NCBI RefSeq assembly: GCF_009914755.1
Contig: NC_060927.1
Length of the DNA: 64,000 bases
Source: the human T2T-CHM13v2.0 reference genome, Homo sapiens
Reading direction: 5' to 3' (one strand)
Positions 45,574 through 61,078 of the stretch are shown one piece after another (the stretch's first letter is position 1; every line of letters starts with the position of its first letter). Made by a program: the position numbers and the translations under genes. The notes below the pieces were generated by a model that was not told the origin of the DNA, ran no database searches, and saw only the letters and a list, made by a program, of their open reading frames with translations.

Positions 45574-47351
45574 ACTACTACTGTCAGCCTGTCTCTCTCT
45601 GGGTCTCTTCAGTAATGCCTTTCATGGACACTCAGTATGTTTTTGTTGATGGACAGAGAGCATGCTTATGGATTCATGGAGGACCCAAAGGTAGGAAGGA
45701 ACAGGACACAGTGGTCAGAGCAGGACTGGGGTCCCCCATTCTGTGCTGCCTACTGTATGATAGGCATGGACCCAGCAATGGGTTGTCTATGTCACATTGT
45801 CATCATTGTCCTCCTCCTCACCACAAGCAATGGCAATAGAGGCCTTTTCATATGCCAGACACCCTGCTGAGGGCTTCAAATGCTCAACCCACTCAGCAAT
45901 GTTGTCAGGAACTCTTATCTCCTCACAGAAGAGGAAACCTAGGCACAGAAAGCACAGATTTGCCCACAGAGCTAGTGACCTTAAGAACCAGGGCAGAAGC
46001 ACAAAAACCAAGAACGTTCTCCCCCAAACAGAGGTCCCAAAGGGAAGTGGCAGACATGCAAAATGGCCCCAGAAATGGTCTTGTGCCAGTTTTTCTAATT
46101 GAGGTTAAAACTGGATCCCTTGGGCAGGGAAAGATTTTCTGACCTGATCCTGCACCAAACAGGGCATTTGTTTAAATGAGCTTCATAGAATCAACACACA
46201 TCACACTCACTAACTCAGCTCAAAGTCTGGTTTGTCTCGTTATCATTCATTACTTGCAAGGACAAATGCTTAAGTACAGCATACTTCATGCCCAGAGTGC
46301 TTCAAAATGCAGAAAAAAAATAAGGTGAGCTCTCTTAGAAGCCCAATTCTAAATAATGCTTTATGAAATTATACCTAGCTAGCCACTTAGAGACAATTTA
46401 CAATTCACTGAAATCTATGAGGCTCTAGTTAAGGGGCACAGATGACCAAGATATATCAAGGACCTGTTCTCTAACTGCAAATTCACACAAGATCCCAGAG
46501 ATGTGCACATTGTTATCCACATTTTCGAGAACGAAATAAACTACAGCTTTAAGCAACCTGGCCAAGGTCCAGCAGTTGGAACCGGACAATAGGGGTTGAA
46601 CAGCTGGGTCTGTCTGACTCCCGGGTCCAGACCTCCCAAACTTCCAATATCTCATAGGTTCTGGCACCTGAGTAAATATGCAGCCCAACTCCCCTACAAA
46701 ACAAAACTCTCTGGCTCAATCTTAGCTCCATCTCTGTGCTCTGACCCAAATGTCAGCTGAGAAAGACCCTGCAAAAGGGAGGACGAAGCTCAGCCTTCTG
46801 ACACTGGAGGGCGAATTCTAAAGTTAGTGGGAAAATCCTGCAGAGTTCAAAATTCCCCTGGAAAACCCCTCAGGAAGATGCATCTTAGTGAGCTGCTCAC
46901 CCTCTCTGGAGGAACACAACTCGGTTCTCCTACAGTGCTAGAGCAGGTGACTGTGTGTTCAGCTGCACTGCAGGTAAAGTTGGTGGTCAGAGCCAAAGGA
47001 AAACACACACCTCTAACCCCCAGACTCACACACAGAGCTGCCCTGGTTGAAGTGCTCCGAATGTGGGGCCTGTACAGGGAGTCCAGCAGATTCACCACCC
47101 CCAATCTCCTGTATCCTTCAGAATATACACTCATTAAGTGGAACAGTGAGATTAAACTGCTGTTTTTCTCTTTTTTTCCTAAGAGATTCTAGTTTCGTTT
47201 ACATGAACTAAATGCAAGAGAAATGTGATTCCATAATACCATAATTACACAATGACAAGATTTTACATAAGCTATTAAAACATCTATATTGCAAAAACAT
47301 TTACAACAGAGAAAGCCAATGGAGGCCTGGGGTTCCAAAATTAGACTACTG

Positions 47352-47705
47352 GGGCCTGGTGTGGTGGCTAACGCCTGTAATCCCAGCACTTTGGGAGCCA
47401 AGGTGGGCAGATCACCTGAGGTCAGGAGTTCAAGCCCAATCTGGCCAACATGGTGAAACCCTGTCTCCACTAAAACTACAAAAATTAGCTGGGCGTGGTA
47501 GCATGAGCCTGGAATCCCAGCTACTCAGGAGGCTGAGGCAGGGGAATCACTTGAACCGGGAGGTGGAGGCTGCAGTGAGCCGAGATTTTGCCACTGCACT
47601 TCAGCCTGGGTGACAGAATAAGTAAGACTCCGTCTCAAACAGAAACAAAAACAAAAACAAACAAAAAAAAAACTTCGTCTCAAAAACAACAACAACAACA
47701 ACAAA
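47352..47705 (+). mobile_element. AluS with duplicated 3' terminus
   Basis: CTCCGTCTC + A-rich tail, followed by CTTCGTCTC + (AAC)n tail. Confidence 0.88.
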
Positions 47706-49249
47706 GTGAAACTATTGGGACTTAAATTCATTCGACCTCTGCTACTTAGCAGCTATAAGATCTTGGAAAGGACTTCTCTATGCCTCAGTTTCCCCAACTA
47801 GAAAGCAGGGGTCATAATGGTGTCCATCTCATGGGACTATTATGGAGATCCAATGAAGCAGTGTAAGCAAAGAGCCCAGCACAGTGCCATGCAAAGGTCA
47901 GTGTCCTTTCCTCCTTTATAAAAACAAACCAAAAAAGATGGGAAAGCAGAGGGTCTCTTGGAGAAGTTAAAAAGCCTTTTGGAGATCCCCCAGTGAGCAA
48001 GTTTCAGAGTCAGCGTTGTATTCAATGCTGTCGATTTTGGGAGCTGGATGTAAGAGAGGAGACCTCTGTTGGAATGAAGTGAACCCAGGGGAGCTGGGTT
48101 AAAGGAGCAGGAGATAGAATCTGAAGCCTTCCGGAGCTGGGATGCTTGAGCAAACAGGAGGGTGAGAAGAAGTGGGGGAAAGATACATCCAGACATTACT
48201 AAAATACCCATGAGGAACAATTACAGACCCACCCAGAAGGCAAGATTGTACAGGCATGTGGATCTCCAGAGGCAGTAAAGCTCAGCCACAGTCACAGAGA
48301 AAGTGACCTGACTGATAGTAACCCTTGGATGAGCCTTCACGCACTTCAGCCCCTTCCTGCTGGCCCAGACACGCGCTGGCCTTCAGAGGATCCAGGTCTT
48401 CCCTCCCACTCCATCCAGCACCACCACCACCCCGCCCTAACTCCATACACCAAGATCTGGATCTGCTTTGCAAGATCCCTCCAGGATTCCAGACCACAAT
48501 CCTCTTGTCCAAGAGACACACACCCACAGTGCACATGAGAAATGACAATGAGGAATGAGCATTATGGAGCTCAGCCAGTCAAGTCACATGTCCACCATCA
48601 ATTTCCATTCTGTCAGCTGCTGAACCTTCACTGACTGCTTGGGTGGAGGAGAATTAACTGGGGAGGCACTTCTTCCAGCACGATGAGACCTCTATTACCC
48701 AACAGATTTGCACATCAAGAGCAAGACTACAACTTCTACAAAAGCCATCTGGAAATGTGCAGGGAGATCGGGTGAAGGAGGACCCCTCCATTTGGTTATA
48801 ATCATTCTTCTGTGTCCAAGGAGAGGCAGACAATGGAAATAGACAGATGCTTCCGGAGGCAAAGCCTGGCACTTGAGCTCTGTGTGCTCTCGGGGTAGGA
48901 GCAGCTGTGCCCCACGCCCCCCTCCTCCTTAAGGCTGGCTGGGAGAATGAGACCACAAACCAAAGCGAATTGGGGACACAGGCCCCCAAACTGTTAGAAT
49001 TTCAGCTATCATAAACCTACTTGACCTTGTGTAATTACTGGTGGCAGCAGAGACACACAAGTTCAGAACCCAGACATTTTAACTCCTGCTAATTGCAGGA
49101 GGGGAACAGCCATTGCCACTACCCAGAAACCCCACCTGGTGACCTGGCACCAAGAAAACCAACTTCACCCAGCATGGCAGGACATGCCAGGGCCTGTGGC
49201 TGAGGACGAGGATGTCAGAGCTAGGAGGACACACAGCGTTAAGAGCCTA

Positions 49250-49735
49250 CAGGTGTTCTGACATGGCTGGGTAGAATCATCCAAGCAGAGAATCATGCTC
49301 TGCTCAGCTCAGACCTTCTGAAACAGACTTGCCAAGGCTGGGTCTGGGAATCTGAACTTTAAAGATCCCTCCCAGGAGCCGGGCACGGTGGCTTATGCCT
49401 GTAATCCCAGCACTTTGGGAAGCTGAGGCAGGAGGATCACTTCAGGCCAGAAGTTCGAGACCAGCCTGAGCAACATAGTGAGACCCCATCTCTACAAAAA
49501 CTAAAAAATTAGCCAGGTATGGTGATGCATGCCTGTAGTCTCAGCTACTCAGGAGGCTGAAGTGGGAGGACTGCTTGAACCCAGGAGTCCGAGGTTGCCG
49601 TAGGCTATGATTGGGCCACTGCACTCCAGCCTGGGCGACAGAGTGAGACCCTGACTCCAATAAATAAACAAATAAGAAAAAAATATAATAAAATTAAAAT
49701 CCCTCCCAGGTGACTGGGCTGCTCTCGAAACTGGA
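49250..49735 (+). mobile_element. MER5A-like element interrupted by AluJ
   Basis: GGGTCTGGGAATCTGAACTTTAAAGATCCCTCCCAGG|Alu|TGACT. Confidence 0.5.
49376..49698 (+). mobile_element. AluJ
   Basis: TSD ATCCCTCCCAGG. Confidence 0.9.
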
Positions 49736-51472
49736 GCAGTCCAGCCTGCTGGGTTTATCTGTGGGAGATGTGAGACCATACGGTTGTTAGTGGTTCATTC
49801 ATTCCAGGGTTGCGTATGTGTCTGGCTCTAAGAAGACACAGCTCCAGCCCTACAGGGATGCAGAATGTTCTAAGCAGCTGAGTTCACCTGGGGAATTGCT
49901 CAGAAATGCAGATGTCTAGGCTTTACTACCTAGAATTGGAGTTCCAAGGGGCTCAGAATCCAGTAGGGAAACAAAAGCAAAGCCTGACAAGAGGAGAAAT
50001 CAGAAACTATGATGGCTGGGAAGGCAATTCCAACAGAGAAACTAGCTCTGGGGGAATGGAGGGTGGCTTCTTGGCACAAGAAGGGAAAGATGTGCCCCTG
50101 CCCAGCACCCACTAGGTGCAGCCCCCTGACTGCTGTCAGCATCGTCCACATTCGCAGGACCCTGCAAGGGCACTACATTAATCCCCATCTTACAGATGAG
50201 GATAGTGAGGGTCAGGGATTGACAGCAACAACTGCAGGGGCTGGGATGTGAGCCCTGGCAGCCAGAGGACTTGCTCTTTCCACTCTCAGCCCCTCTCCTC
50301 CTGAGGCTCAGGCTCAGAACACCCTTATCCACCCAGATTTTGAATCCAGAGACCTGCAAGGTGTCCTCCATCCTTCTCTCATCTTACCCTGTAGGTCCAA
50401 TCAGCAACTAAGGCCTGACCCTTCTCCTTCCACTCCCTTCTCTCAGCCCCTGCTGCTAACACGTTCTCCATTACCACCTGCAGTATTGAAAATACAAGCC
50501 CAATCGGCCAAGTCATTCCTTGGCTTAAACCTCTGCAAGGGTTTCCCACAACCCTAAAAATACAAATCTTCCTCCCAAGTTTGCCTCAGGGCCTTCCCAC
50601 AGGTTGTTCCCTCCCCTAAATGCTGTTCTTCTCACTCTCTACTCTCAGGACTATCAAAACTAAATTGGGTTTCCTGCTTCCACCCTGGAAGGCCAAGGCC
50701 ACAGAGCAGGGCAGCTCTATGCTGCCTATGGCTGAGCCCCAGGGCACACAGTACAGGGGTAGTGGGGAGAAAGATAAAGAAAGAGAGAAAGAGAGAGAAC
50801 TGGGGGGATGAATTGGGGGGTCAGTTGTTGACTGACTGAGGGACACTACAGGTGGTCTGAGGTCCAAGTATAATGGTGGGGGAAAAGCCACCATGGTTAG
50901 AGGCTGGGCAGACAGGCTGGGGCCAGAGTGGGAAGGAAAGGCTGTGAACACCACAGAAGGGAGCAAGGATGTAAGCCCCAGGGCCATGAATAGCTGTGGA
51001 CAACTATGGACAACTGTGGTCAGCTGTGGAGACTCTTGAAAGCCAGGGAGTAACACGATCAACTTCACACATACAGTATTGATGGAACTGTGCTCATCTC
51101 TTTGAAAGGCAATCTATCAATAACCACCAAAGTTTTAAATCTGCATGTCTGTGAACCCAGCAATTCAAGTCTACCAAGGATACTCACTGCAGCATCCTTC
51201 CCTATTAGCAAAAGCAAGAAGTGGCCTCAATGGCCATCCAGAGAATGAATTATGGCAGACAAGTCCACAGCCCCTTTTCCAACCCTTGGTGCTGGACATA
51301 TTTCGGAATTCATAACCTGTTTGCATTTGAGAAAGGTAGTATGGAGTATGTACAGGATGCTATATCAAACCCCAGCAGGGCCAGGCACAGCACCCCAAAA
51401 TCCAGTACATAAGTATTTCTACAGCTGAATGTGTAACTACTTCTGGTACATACTATGAGTAATCTCCTACTA

Positions 51473-52305
<833 letters not shown>

Positions 52306-52444
52306 TCAACTGTATGCTAGGCACTCTTCTAAGTGCTTTATGGTAATTATCACACTAAAGCCACACAACAACCCAAAGGGTGATACTGTTACTATGCTCG
52401 TGTTGTCCAGATTTATCCCTAATTTATTCTTGATCACCCAATAA

Positions 52445-52940
<496 letters not shown>

Positions 52941-54638
52941 TAAAGCTTTTATGGAACACGGCAAGACACAAAGACATAAATAAATAAAATTCACAGTATG
53001 CTTGCATTTAGATCTACAGCCAGAGCACTCGGGCTGTCCCAAGGCAGCCAGCACACAGGCCTGGAATCGAAGTGCGTCCTTCTCCTGTCAGAAGGACACC
53101 CAGCAGGAGTACCCAAGCAGAAAGCCAGAGACCATCTAGAGCACAAACCACCCCCAGGGCACCATGGCCCATCCAGCTTGGAGATCTGCCCCAGCAGACT
53201 GACAGGGCTGCCCCAGGCCATCAAGAGAAACAGGCTTTAATTTGCCGTGGAGCAGCCCAGGGTGTGGGTGCAGGTGATGTGCCCAGGCAAACAGAAGCAG
53301 ATTTGCCCTCCTCACTGGGTCCCCTCCACCCTACCCACCACCACCATTTAATCCTCGGCTTCATGCAAAGCTGCCTGCTAGGCAGGTTCCCATATGGGAA
53401 AATCCAAGGAGTGCAAATTCTGGAAGCACCAGATAAATGCACCCCTTCCTTAAACAGCACCAGAATTAAGAAAGGCCACCCTCCCTCTCAAGCGCCTGCT
53501 CTCTTTAGGATAAGGATTGTGCCAGGGACGGGTGATGGTTAGCGAGCGCTCACTGCCAAAGGACACGTGGGTAGGAGAGGGCAGGGAGGGACACACAGGA
53601 GCAATCACCGCTGCCCACACCTGGGGCAGGGAGGAGCTCCATGGCAGGAAAAACACCTGCCTCTTCCCAGCCCTCTACCTCACCTTCCCCTCCAGCCTGC
53701 CCTGCCTCTGGCTTTGTTTCATCTCCCCAACCTTCTTCCAAGGACTCTGGAAAAGTTTCTATGTGTTCTTTGTTTCCCCAATATACACACCAATAAAGTA
53801 GTTTGCAACATCCATAAAACGCATCAATCTTAAGTATACAACTCAATAACATTTTTAGATATTTATACCCCAATGTGATCACCAACCAAATCAAAACATA
53901 TAAAACAGTTCCTGTCTCCTAGAAAGAAGGCTTCCTTATGTTCCTTCCCAAGTAATTGCCTACCCCAAAGGTAACTGCTATCTTGACTTCTAGTGGCATG
54001 GATTCATTTGCCTGTGTCTGAAATGTACATAAATGGAATCATACAGTATGGACTCCCTGTCCCTGGCTTCTTCCAGTCATCACTGTGTTAGAAGTTTTAT
54101 CCGCGTTGTGGCATGCAGCAGTGGTTCCTTCTTTCTCATTGCTGAGTGTATCCCATTGTATGGATATACCAAATTTACTTATATATATGGCTGCTGACGG
54201 GCATTTGGATTGTTTCCACCTTTTGGTAATTATGGATAAAGTGGCTATGAACATTTGTGTACAAGTCTTTTGGTGCTCAGATGCATTCACTTCTCTTGGG
54301 TATATATCTAAAAGTGGAATTGCTGCAGCATAGGTAGGCATCTGTTAAGTTTGGGTAGATGTTATCAAAATGATTTTCCAAAATGGTTGTACCAATTCAT
54401 ACTCCCACTAGCAGTGTGTGTGAGTTCCAGTTGCACCATATCTTCACCAACACTTTGAGTCTTTTTAATTTTAGTCATTCTGGTGGGTATATAGTAGTAT
54501 CTTTGTGTACTTACATTTTCATTTCTCTGGTGACTCCTGAGGTTAAGCATCTTTCCAAATGTTTTTGTGGTCATTTGGATATTCATTTTGATGATATGCT
54601 TGCTCAAGTCTTTTATCCTTTTAAAATTGGGTTGTCAG

Positions 54639-54932
54639 GTAGGTACGGTGGCTCACACCTATAATCCCAGCACTCTGGGAGGCCAAGGTGGGCTGATCGC
54701 TTGAGCCCAGGAGTTCAAGACCAGCCTGGGCAGCATGGTGAAACCCTATCTCTACAAAAAATACGAAAAAAAAAAAAAAAGTCGGGCATGATGGTGCATG
54801 CCTGTGGTACCAGCGACTCGGGAGGCTGAGGTGGGAGGATTGCTTGAGCCCAGCAGGGTGGAGGCTGAAGTGAGGCAACATCACACCACTGCACTCCAGC
54901 CTGGGTGACAGAGTGAGACCCCATCTCAAAAA
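54639..54932 (+). mobile_element. AluJ
   Basis: TSD AAAATTG(G/T)GTTGTC; the right copy lies after the nested AluS. Confidence 0.9.
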
Positions 54933-55235
54933 TTTTTTTTTTTTTTTTTTGAGATGGAGTCTCACTCTGTCACCAGGCTGGAGTGCAGTAGTGCAGTGGC
55001 GCAATCTCAGCTCACTGCAACCTCTGACTCCCTGGTTCAAGGATTCTCCTGCCTTAGCCTCCCGAGTAGCTGGGATTATAGGCATACGCCACCATGCCTG
55101 GCTAATTTTTGTATTTTTAGTAGAGACGGGGTTTCACCATGTTGGCCAGTATGATCTCAATCTCCTGACCTCATGATCTGCCCACCCTGGCCTCCCAAAA
55201 TGCTGGGATTACAGGCGTGAGCCATCGCACCCAGC
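54933..55235 (-). mobile_element. AluS inserted in the tail of the preceding AluJ
   Basis: TSD AAAAATTTTTTT. Confidence 0.9.
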
Positions 55236-55451
55236 AAAAAAAATTTTTTTGTAAATAAAATTGTGTTGTCTATTTCCTATTGATTTGTAGAAGTTCTTTA
55301 TATATTCTGGATGTAAATCCTTTGTTGAACATATGTATTTTAAATATCTTTTCCCAGACTGCAGCTTGCCTTTTCCCTCTCTTAATGGTGTCTCTTGAAG
55401 AAGAGTTCTTATTTTTAATGAAATATGATTTATAAGCTTTTCTCTTTATGC

Positions 55452-55750
55452 TTTTTTTTTTTTTTTTTGAGACGAAGTCCAACTCTGTTGCCCAGACTGG
55501 AGAGCAGTGGCGTGATCTCAGCTCACGGCAACTTCTGCCTCCCAGGTTCAAGCGATTCTCCTGCCTCAGCCTCCTGAGTAGCTGGGACTACAGGCGCATG
55601 CCACCAAGCCTGGCTAATTTTCGTATTTTTAGAAGAGACGGGGTTCCACTATGTTGGCCAGGCTGGTCTCAAATGCCTGACCTCAGGTGATCTGCCCGCC
55701 TCGGCCTCCCAGAGTGCCAGGATTACAGGCCTGAGTCACCCCGCCTGGCC
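55452..55750 (-). mobile_element. AluS
   Basis: TSD CTTTATGCTTTTT. Confidence 0.92.
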
Positions 55751-56393
55751 CCTTTATGCTTTTTGTGACTTATTTAAGAAACCTGTGCCTAGCCTCATCT
55801 CATGTAGAAATTCTTCTTTATTATCTTCTAGAAACTCCATTGATTTGCCTTGCACATTTAGGTTCTCAATCCATCTTGAATTATTTTTGTGTATGGTGTG
55901 AGGTAGAAGTGAGGTAGGATATACTTTTAGGGTAAAGTCCTGTCAGCTATGACCACAAACCAGGCACACAAAAAGACCAATCTCTGTTACCTCCAGAGGA
56001 AGGTGCAGCTTCCCTGACACCCAATCCTTTATCTGTATCCTCCAGAAGCCTCTGATTCCTCCTCGCCCCTGAAGCCCAACAGAATTCCAATGCACATCCC
56101 TACTGTTTGAGAGAATTTTAGGACACAAACTTCCACCTTATATAAAGCTTCCACAACTTTCCATAAGTCCATTTTGACAACTGCACATGAGTCAAAATCC
56201 TTCTAAAATGCAAAATGATTAAGTAGGAATGTGAATAGGGAAAAGGTAAGACAGCATCTGGCTGTCAGATCTGCTGGGCACTGTGTGCCTCTATGGGCTA
56301 GGAATTAGGGAGGCCACAGAATATGAGCAGACATAGCCCCTACTGTCACCATGCTCACAGCCTGGAGAAGAGACCAATAAAAAATGGGAGCAG

Positions 56394-56759
<366 letters not shown>

Positions 56760-57290
56760 CTAGATATGGGAGGGAGCTGGCCCTAAGAGAAGGGGCAAAA
56801 GTGTTCTGGACAGGAGGACCAGCAGACTCAGAGGCTGAGCAAGCAAAGGGATTGGGACATAGCTGGAACATCCATGAGACCAGGAGGCATGACGAGGAGT
56901 GGAAAGGGCATGTTAGTTAAGGCAAGAAGAGATGTGGATTTTTTTCTAAGCAGAATCGGTTATCGTTTCTTTTTCTTTCTTTTTAGTTTTTTGTAGAGAC
57001 AGGATGTAGCTATGTTGCCTCATGTTGGGCATGGTCTCAAACTCCCGGTCTCTGTTATCTTGAACATATACCACAAGGTCCTCTATGAGGTTGATGCACC
57101 ACAAAAGACTATGGGATTGAAGGGCATTCAGTCAACTGGTCCACCCTGAAATCCTTCTATCCCACCATGGTTCAAGCAGGCGACAAAACACAAAGGCTCC
57201 TCTTGGCCTTGACCATGCAGGTCTATACACACACACACACCCCACACACCCCTGCCCCCTGCCCCCTTCCATCTTTTCCTTTAGGTCTAA

Positions 57291-57700
<410 letters not shown>

Positions 57701-58776
57701 AGGTTTCTGCATTTCTGTTCATGATTTCTCAGCACTTATCCCAACTATAATTTTACTTGCATTCATGTGACTATTTGATTAGTATCTGTTTCCTGAGTGA
57801 GTCTTGTCTGTTGACTCTGGTAGGGTAGAGTCTGAGCCGGTCTTAGCCACCAAGACTTCCTCAGCACCTAGCACAGGGCCTGGCCCAGGGTAAGTCACAC
57901 CCACACCCACACCCCCACACAAGCTTTTTTAAAATGTAAAAGTTTAAATACAAATGGAGAAAGAATATAATGTACCCTCTGTGCCACACATCATACAATT
58001 TGAGTGGTCAACTCATTCCTAATATTATTTCTTCTACACTCAACCCAGTGAAGCGAACTCCAGCCATCGTATCACTTGATACATACTTGAGTGATATAGA
58101 GTAAGTGAATGAATGACTGCCTCCTACTATAACAGACAAACTGGGGGGCTTAATTCTTGCTCTCACTGATTTTACTGTCCATACTAGACAGACAAGGGAG
58201 AGTTGAGGAGGGGCCACTTAAATGAGTCAGTCAGTTTTGCCACCAAGTTAGCAACTCTGATAAAATTTCAGATGAAACTAAAACTATTGTCCAAAGTGAA
58301 TTTCCTTTTCCTCATATTGACTGGGCTTTAACCCTTCAGTCGTGTCCTTGCCATGGCCACATTCACCAAAAGCCGACTGTAAAGGAAGGGAGGGTTACCT
58401 ATTTCCCACAATCTCTTTCAATTAAAAGTCCTGAAAGAACAAGTTTCTTTCCATAAAATAAGCCATGTGGCCTTTTACACAGAAAAATAAGGAATGCCTT
58501 GGAAATTAGTATTACCACTTGCTCCCTCAAGGGCCAATCTACATTACACCTATTTTCTCTATTTTCACATTTATGAGAACTTGTTCCAAATCAGTCTGGT
58601 CTTTTTGAAATGCCATTACAGTTTTACATACATTGGACAAAACTGTCATAGACTGTGATGCTCTCGGCGTCCAGCAAAATGAGTGATACTTGTACCCAAT
58701 GGGTTTGTTTCATGTCACCTGCCCTTCAAGGTCCCAAAAGTGTGCATAAAAATAACAACTTGAAATGCTCACATGC

Positions 58777-59448
58777 CAGGAAACAACAGGTGCTGGAGAG
58801 GATGTGGAGAAATAGGAACACTTTTACACTGTTGGTGGGACTGTAAACTAGTTCAACCATTGTGGAAGTCGGTGTAGCGATTCCTCAGGGATCTAGAACT
58901 AGAAATACCATTTGACCCAGCCATCCCACTACTGGGTATATACCCAAAGGATTATAAATCATGCTGCTATAAAGACACATGCACACGTATGTTTATTGCG
59001 GCACTATTCACAATAGCAAAGACTTGGAACCAACCCAATGTCCAACAATGATAGACTGGATTAAGAAAATGTGGCACATATACACCATGGAATACTATGC
59101 AGCCATAAAAAATGATGAGTTCATGTCCTTTGTAGGGACATGGATGAAGCTGGAAACTATCATTCTCAGCAAACTATCGCAAGGACAAGAAACCAAACAC
59201 CGCATGTTCTCACTCATAGGTGGGAATTGAACAATGAGAACACATGGACGTAAGAAGGGGAACATCACACACCAGGGACTGTTGTGGGGTGGGGGGAGGG
59301 GGGAGGGATAGCATTAGGAGATATACCTAATGTAAATGATGAGTTAATGGGTGCAGCACGCCAACATGGCACATGTATAGATATGTAACAAACCTGCACG
59401 TTGTGCACATGTACCCTAAAACTTAAAGTATAATAATAATAAAAAAAA
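58777..59448 (+). mobile_element. 5'-truncated L1PA (PA3-PA5-like) LINE-1
   Basis: ORF2 C-terminus with a frameshift, 3'UTR and polyA. TSD GAAATGCT(C/G)ACATGC at 58762-58776 / 59449-59463. Confidence 0.9.
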
Positions 59449-59576
59449 GAAATGCTGACATGCAATCATACTTAACTATGCCTTTTTTTACTATAAAATA
59501 TATTCATTACTTGTATTTTCTAAATTTTTTCATAAGCACAGGGAAAAAATTTTAAGCCTTGTCTTTAAGCCTAGAG

Positions 59577-59745
59577 CAAGGGTGTCCAATTTTTTGGCTT
59601 CTCTGGGACACACTGGAAGAAGAATTGTCTTGGGCCACACATAAAATACACTAACACTAACAATAGCTGATGAACTAAAAAAAAAACTCATAATGTTTTT
59701 TAAAAGTTTATGAATTTGTATTGGGCCACATGTTAGACAAGCTTG
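59577..59745 (+). mobile_element. MER30 (hAT-Charlie)
   Basis: CAAGGGTGTCCAA...GAAGAAGAATTGTCTTGGGCCACACATAAAATACACTAACAC...GACAAGCTTG. 8-bp TSD GCCTAGAG/GCCTAAAG. Confidence 0.88.
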
Positions 59746-59819
59746 GCCTAAAGATAAGTCACATTTTGGAGTCTGTTCTTCCCCGTGTGTGTATGAGTTG
59801 GGGGTGGGGGGAGGGAGGG

Positions 59820-59998
59820 TGGTGAGCAGCATGATTACAAGTCCAGGCTCCTTAATCAGTGATAGGTTCAAATCTGGCTCTGCTATCTGCCACCCACATA
59901 GCCTCAGGCAAGTTGCTTCCCTCCATAAGCACATTTCCTCTTCTGCAAAGTAGGACTGAAATGACTGCCTGATGGGGTGACAATGAGGCTTTAAAAAG
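59820..59998 (+). mobile_element. MIR
   Basis: GGTTCAAATCTGGCTCTGC...GGCAAGTTGCTTCCCTCC...TTTCCTCTTCTGCAAAG. Confidence 0.7.
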
Positions 59999-60006
59999 AC
60001 GAAGTG

Positions 60007-60609
<603 letters not shown>

Positions 60610-60949
60610 GGAACTTAGCCCAGGGCCCGTATGCAGCAAGCACTTAAATGGTATAGCTGCTGCTACTCGGGTTATCAAAAAGGAGCTGCAAAAAAGTCTA
60701 GGTTCTGCAGGAGAGCCCTTCCAAGAACCTGCCCAGGAAGTGGGTACACCTGTCCCCACCCCCACAGTAGGAGTCAGAATCAGGGACTGGAAGGGATGGG
60801 GTTCCTGGAGGAAGCTCACAGCAGCAGCAGCCTCTGAGTCACAACTCAGCCCCTCCCTGGCATATCCCTTTGTTTGCTGGGAGTTGAGCTGTGACTCACA
60901 AAGGCTCTGGTCCCGGGCTGGGCCCATGTGACCCAGGGTCCTGACTGCC

Positions 60950-61078
60950 CTGCCCACAGTCACTGAGAAAATTCTTTGTGCAGGCTCACCTTCCCCTCAT
61001 CTCCCCCACTCTTCCTGATCCTGCAGCGTCAGATCCCAGCCTGCAGTATCAGACCTCAAAAGGAGCCTCTGGTGTCTT
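60950..61078 (+). other. SPATA12: Candidate non-coding first exon of SPATA12 (nested, antisense in ARHGEF3 intron 1); start approximate
   Basis: Unique sequence ending in donor CTT|gtgagt (GT 61079-61080), about 25.6 kb from ARHGEF3 exon 2. This is consistent with my recollection of SPATA12's position. The CDS is not in the window. Confidence 0.5.

Larger units (their letters stand above)
53780..55910 (-). mobile_element. Old L1M (L1MB/MC/ME) 3' region interrupted by three Alus
   Basis: ORFs 54039-54341(-) and 54365-54607(-) are degenerate L1 ORF2 C-terminus (AIPLLDIYPRE...MFIATL). Confidence 0.85.

Noticed and set aside
46829-46870. Three kappaB/NFAT-like motifs (GGGAAAATCC, AAAATTCCCC, GGAAAACCC)
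   Set aside because: None is a full consensus match; such motifs are expected by chance without chromatin data.
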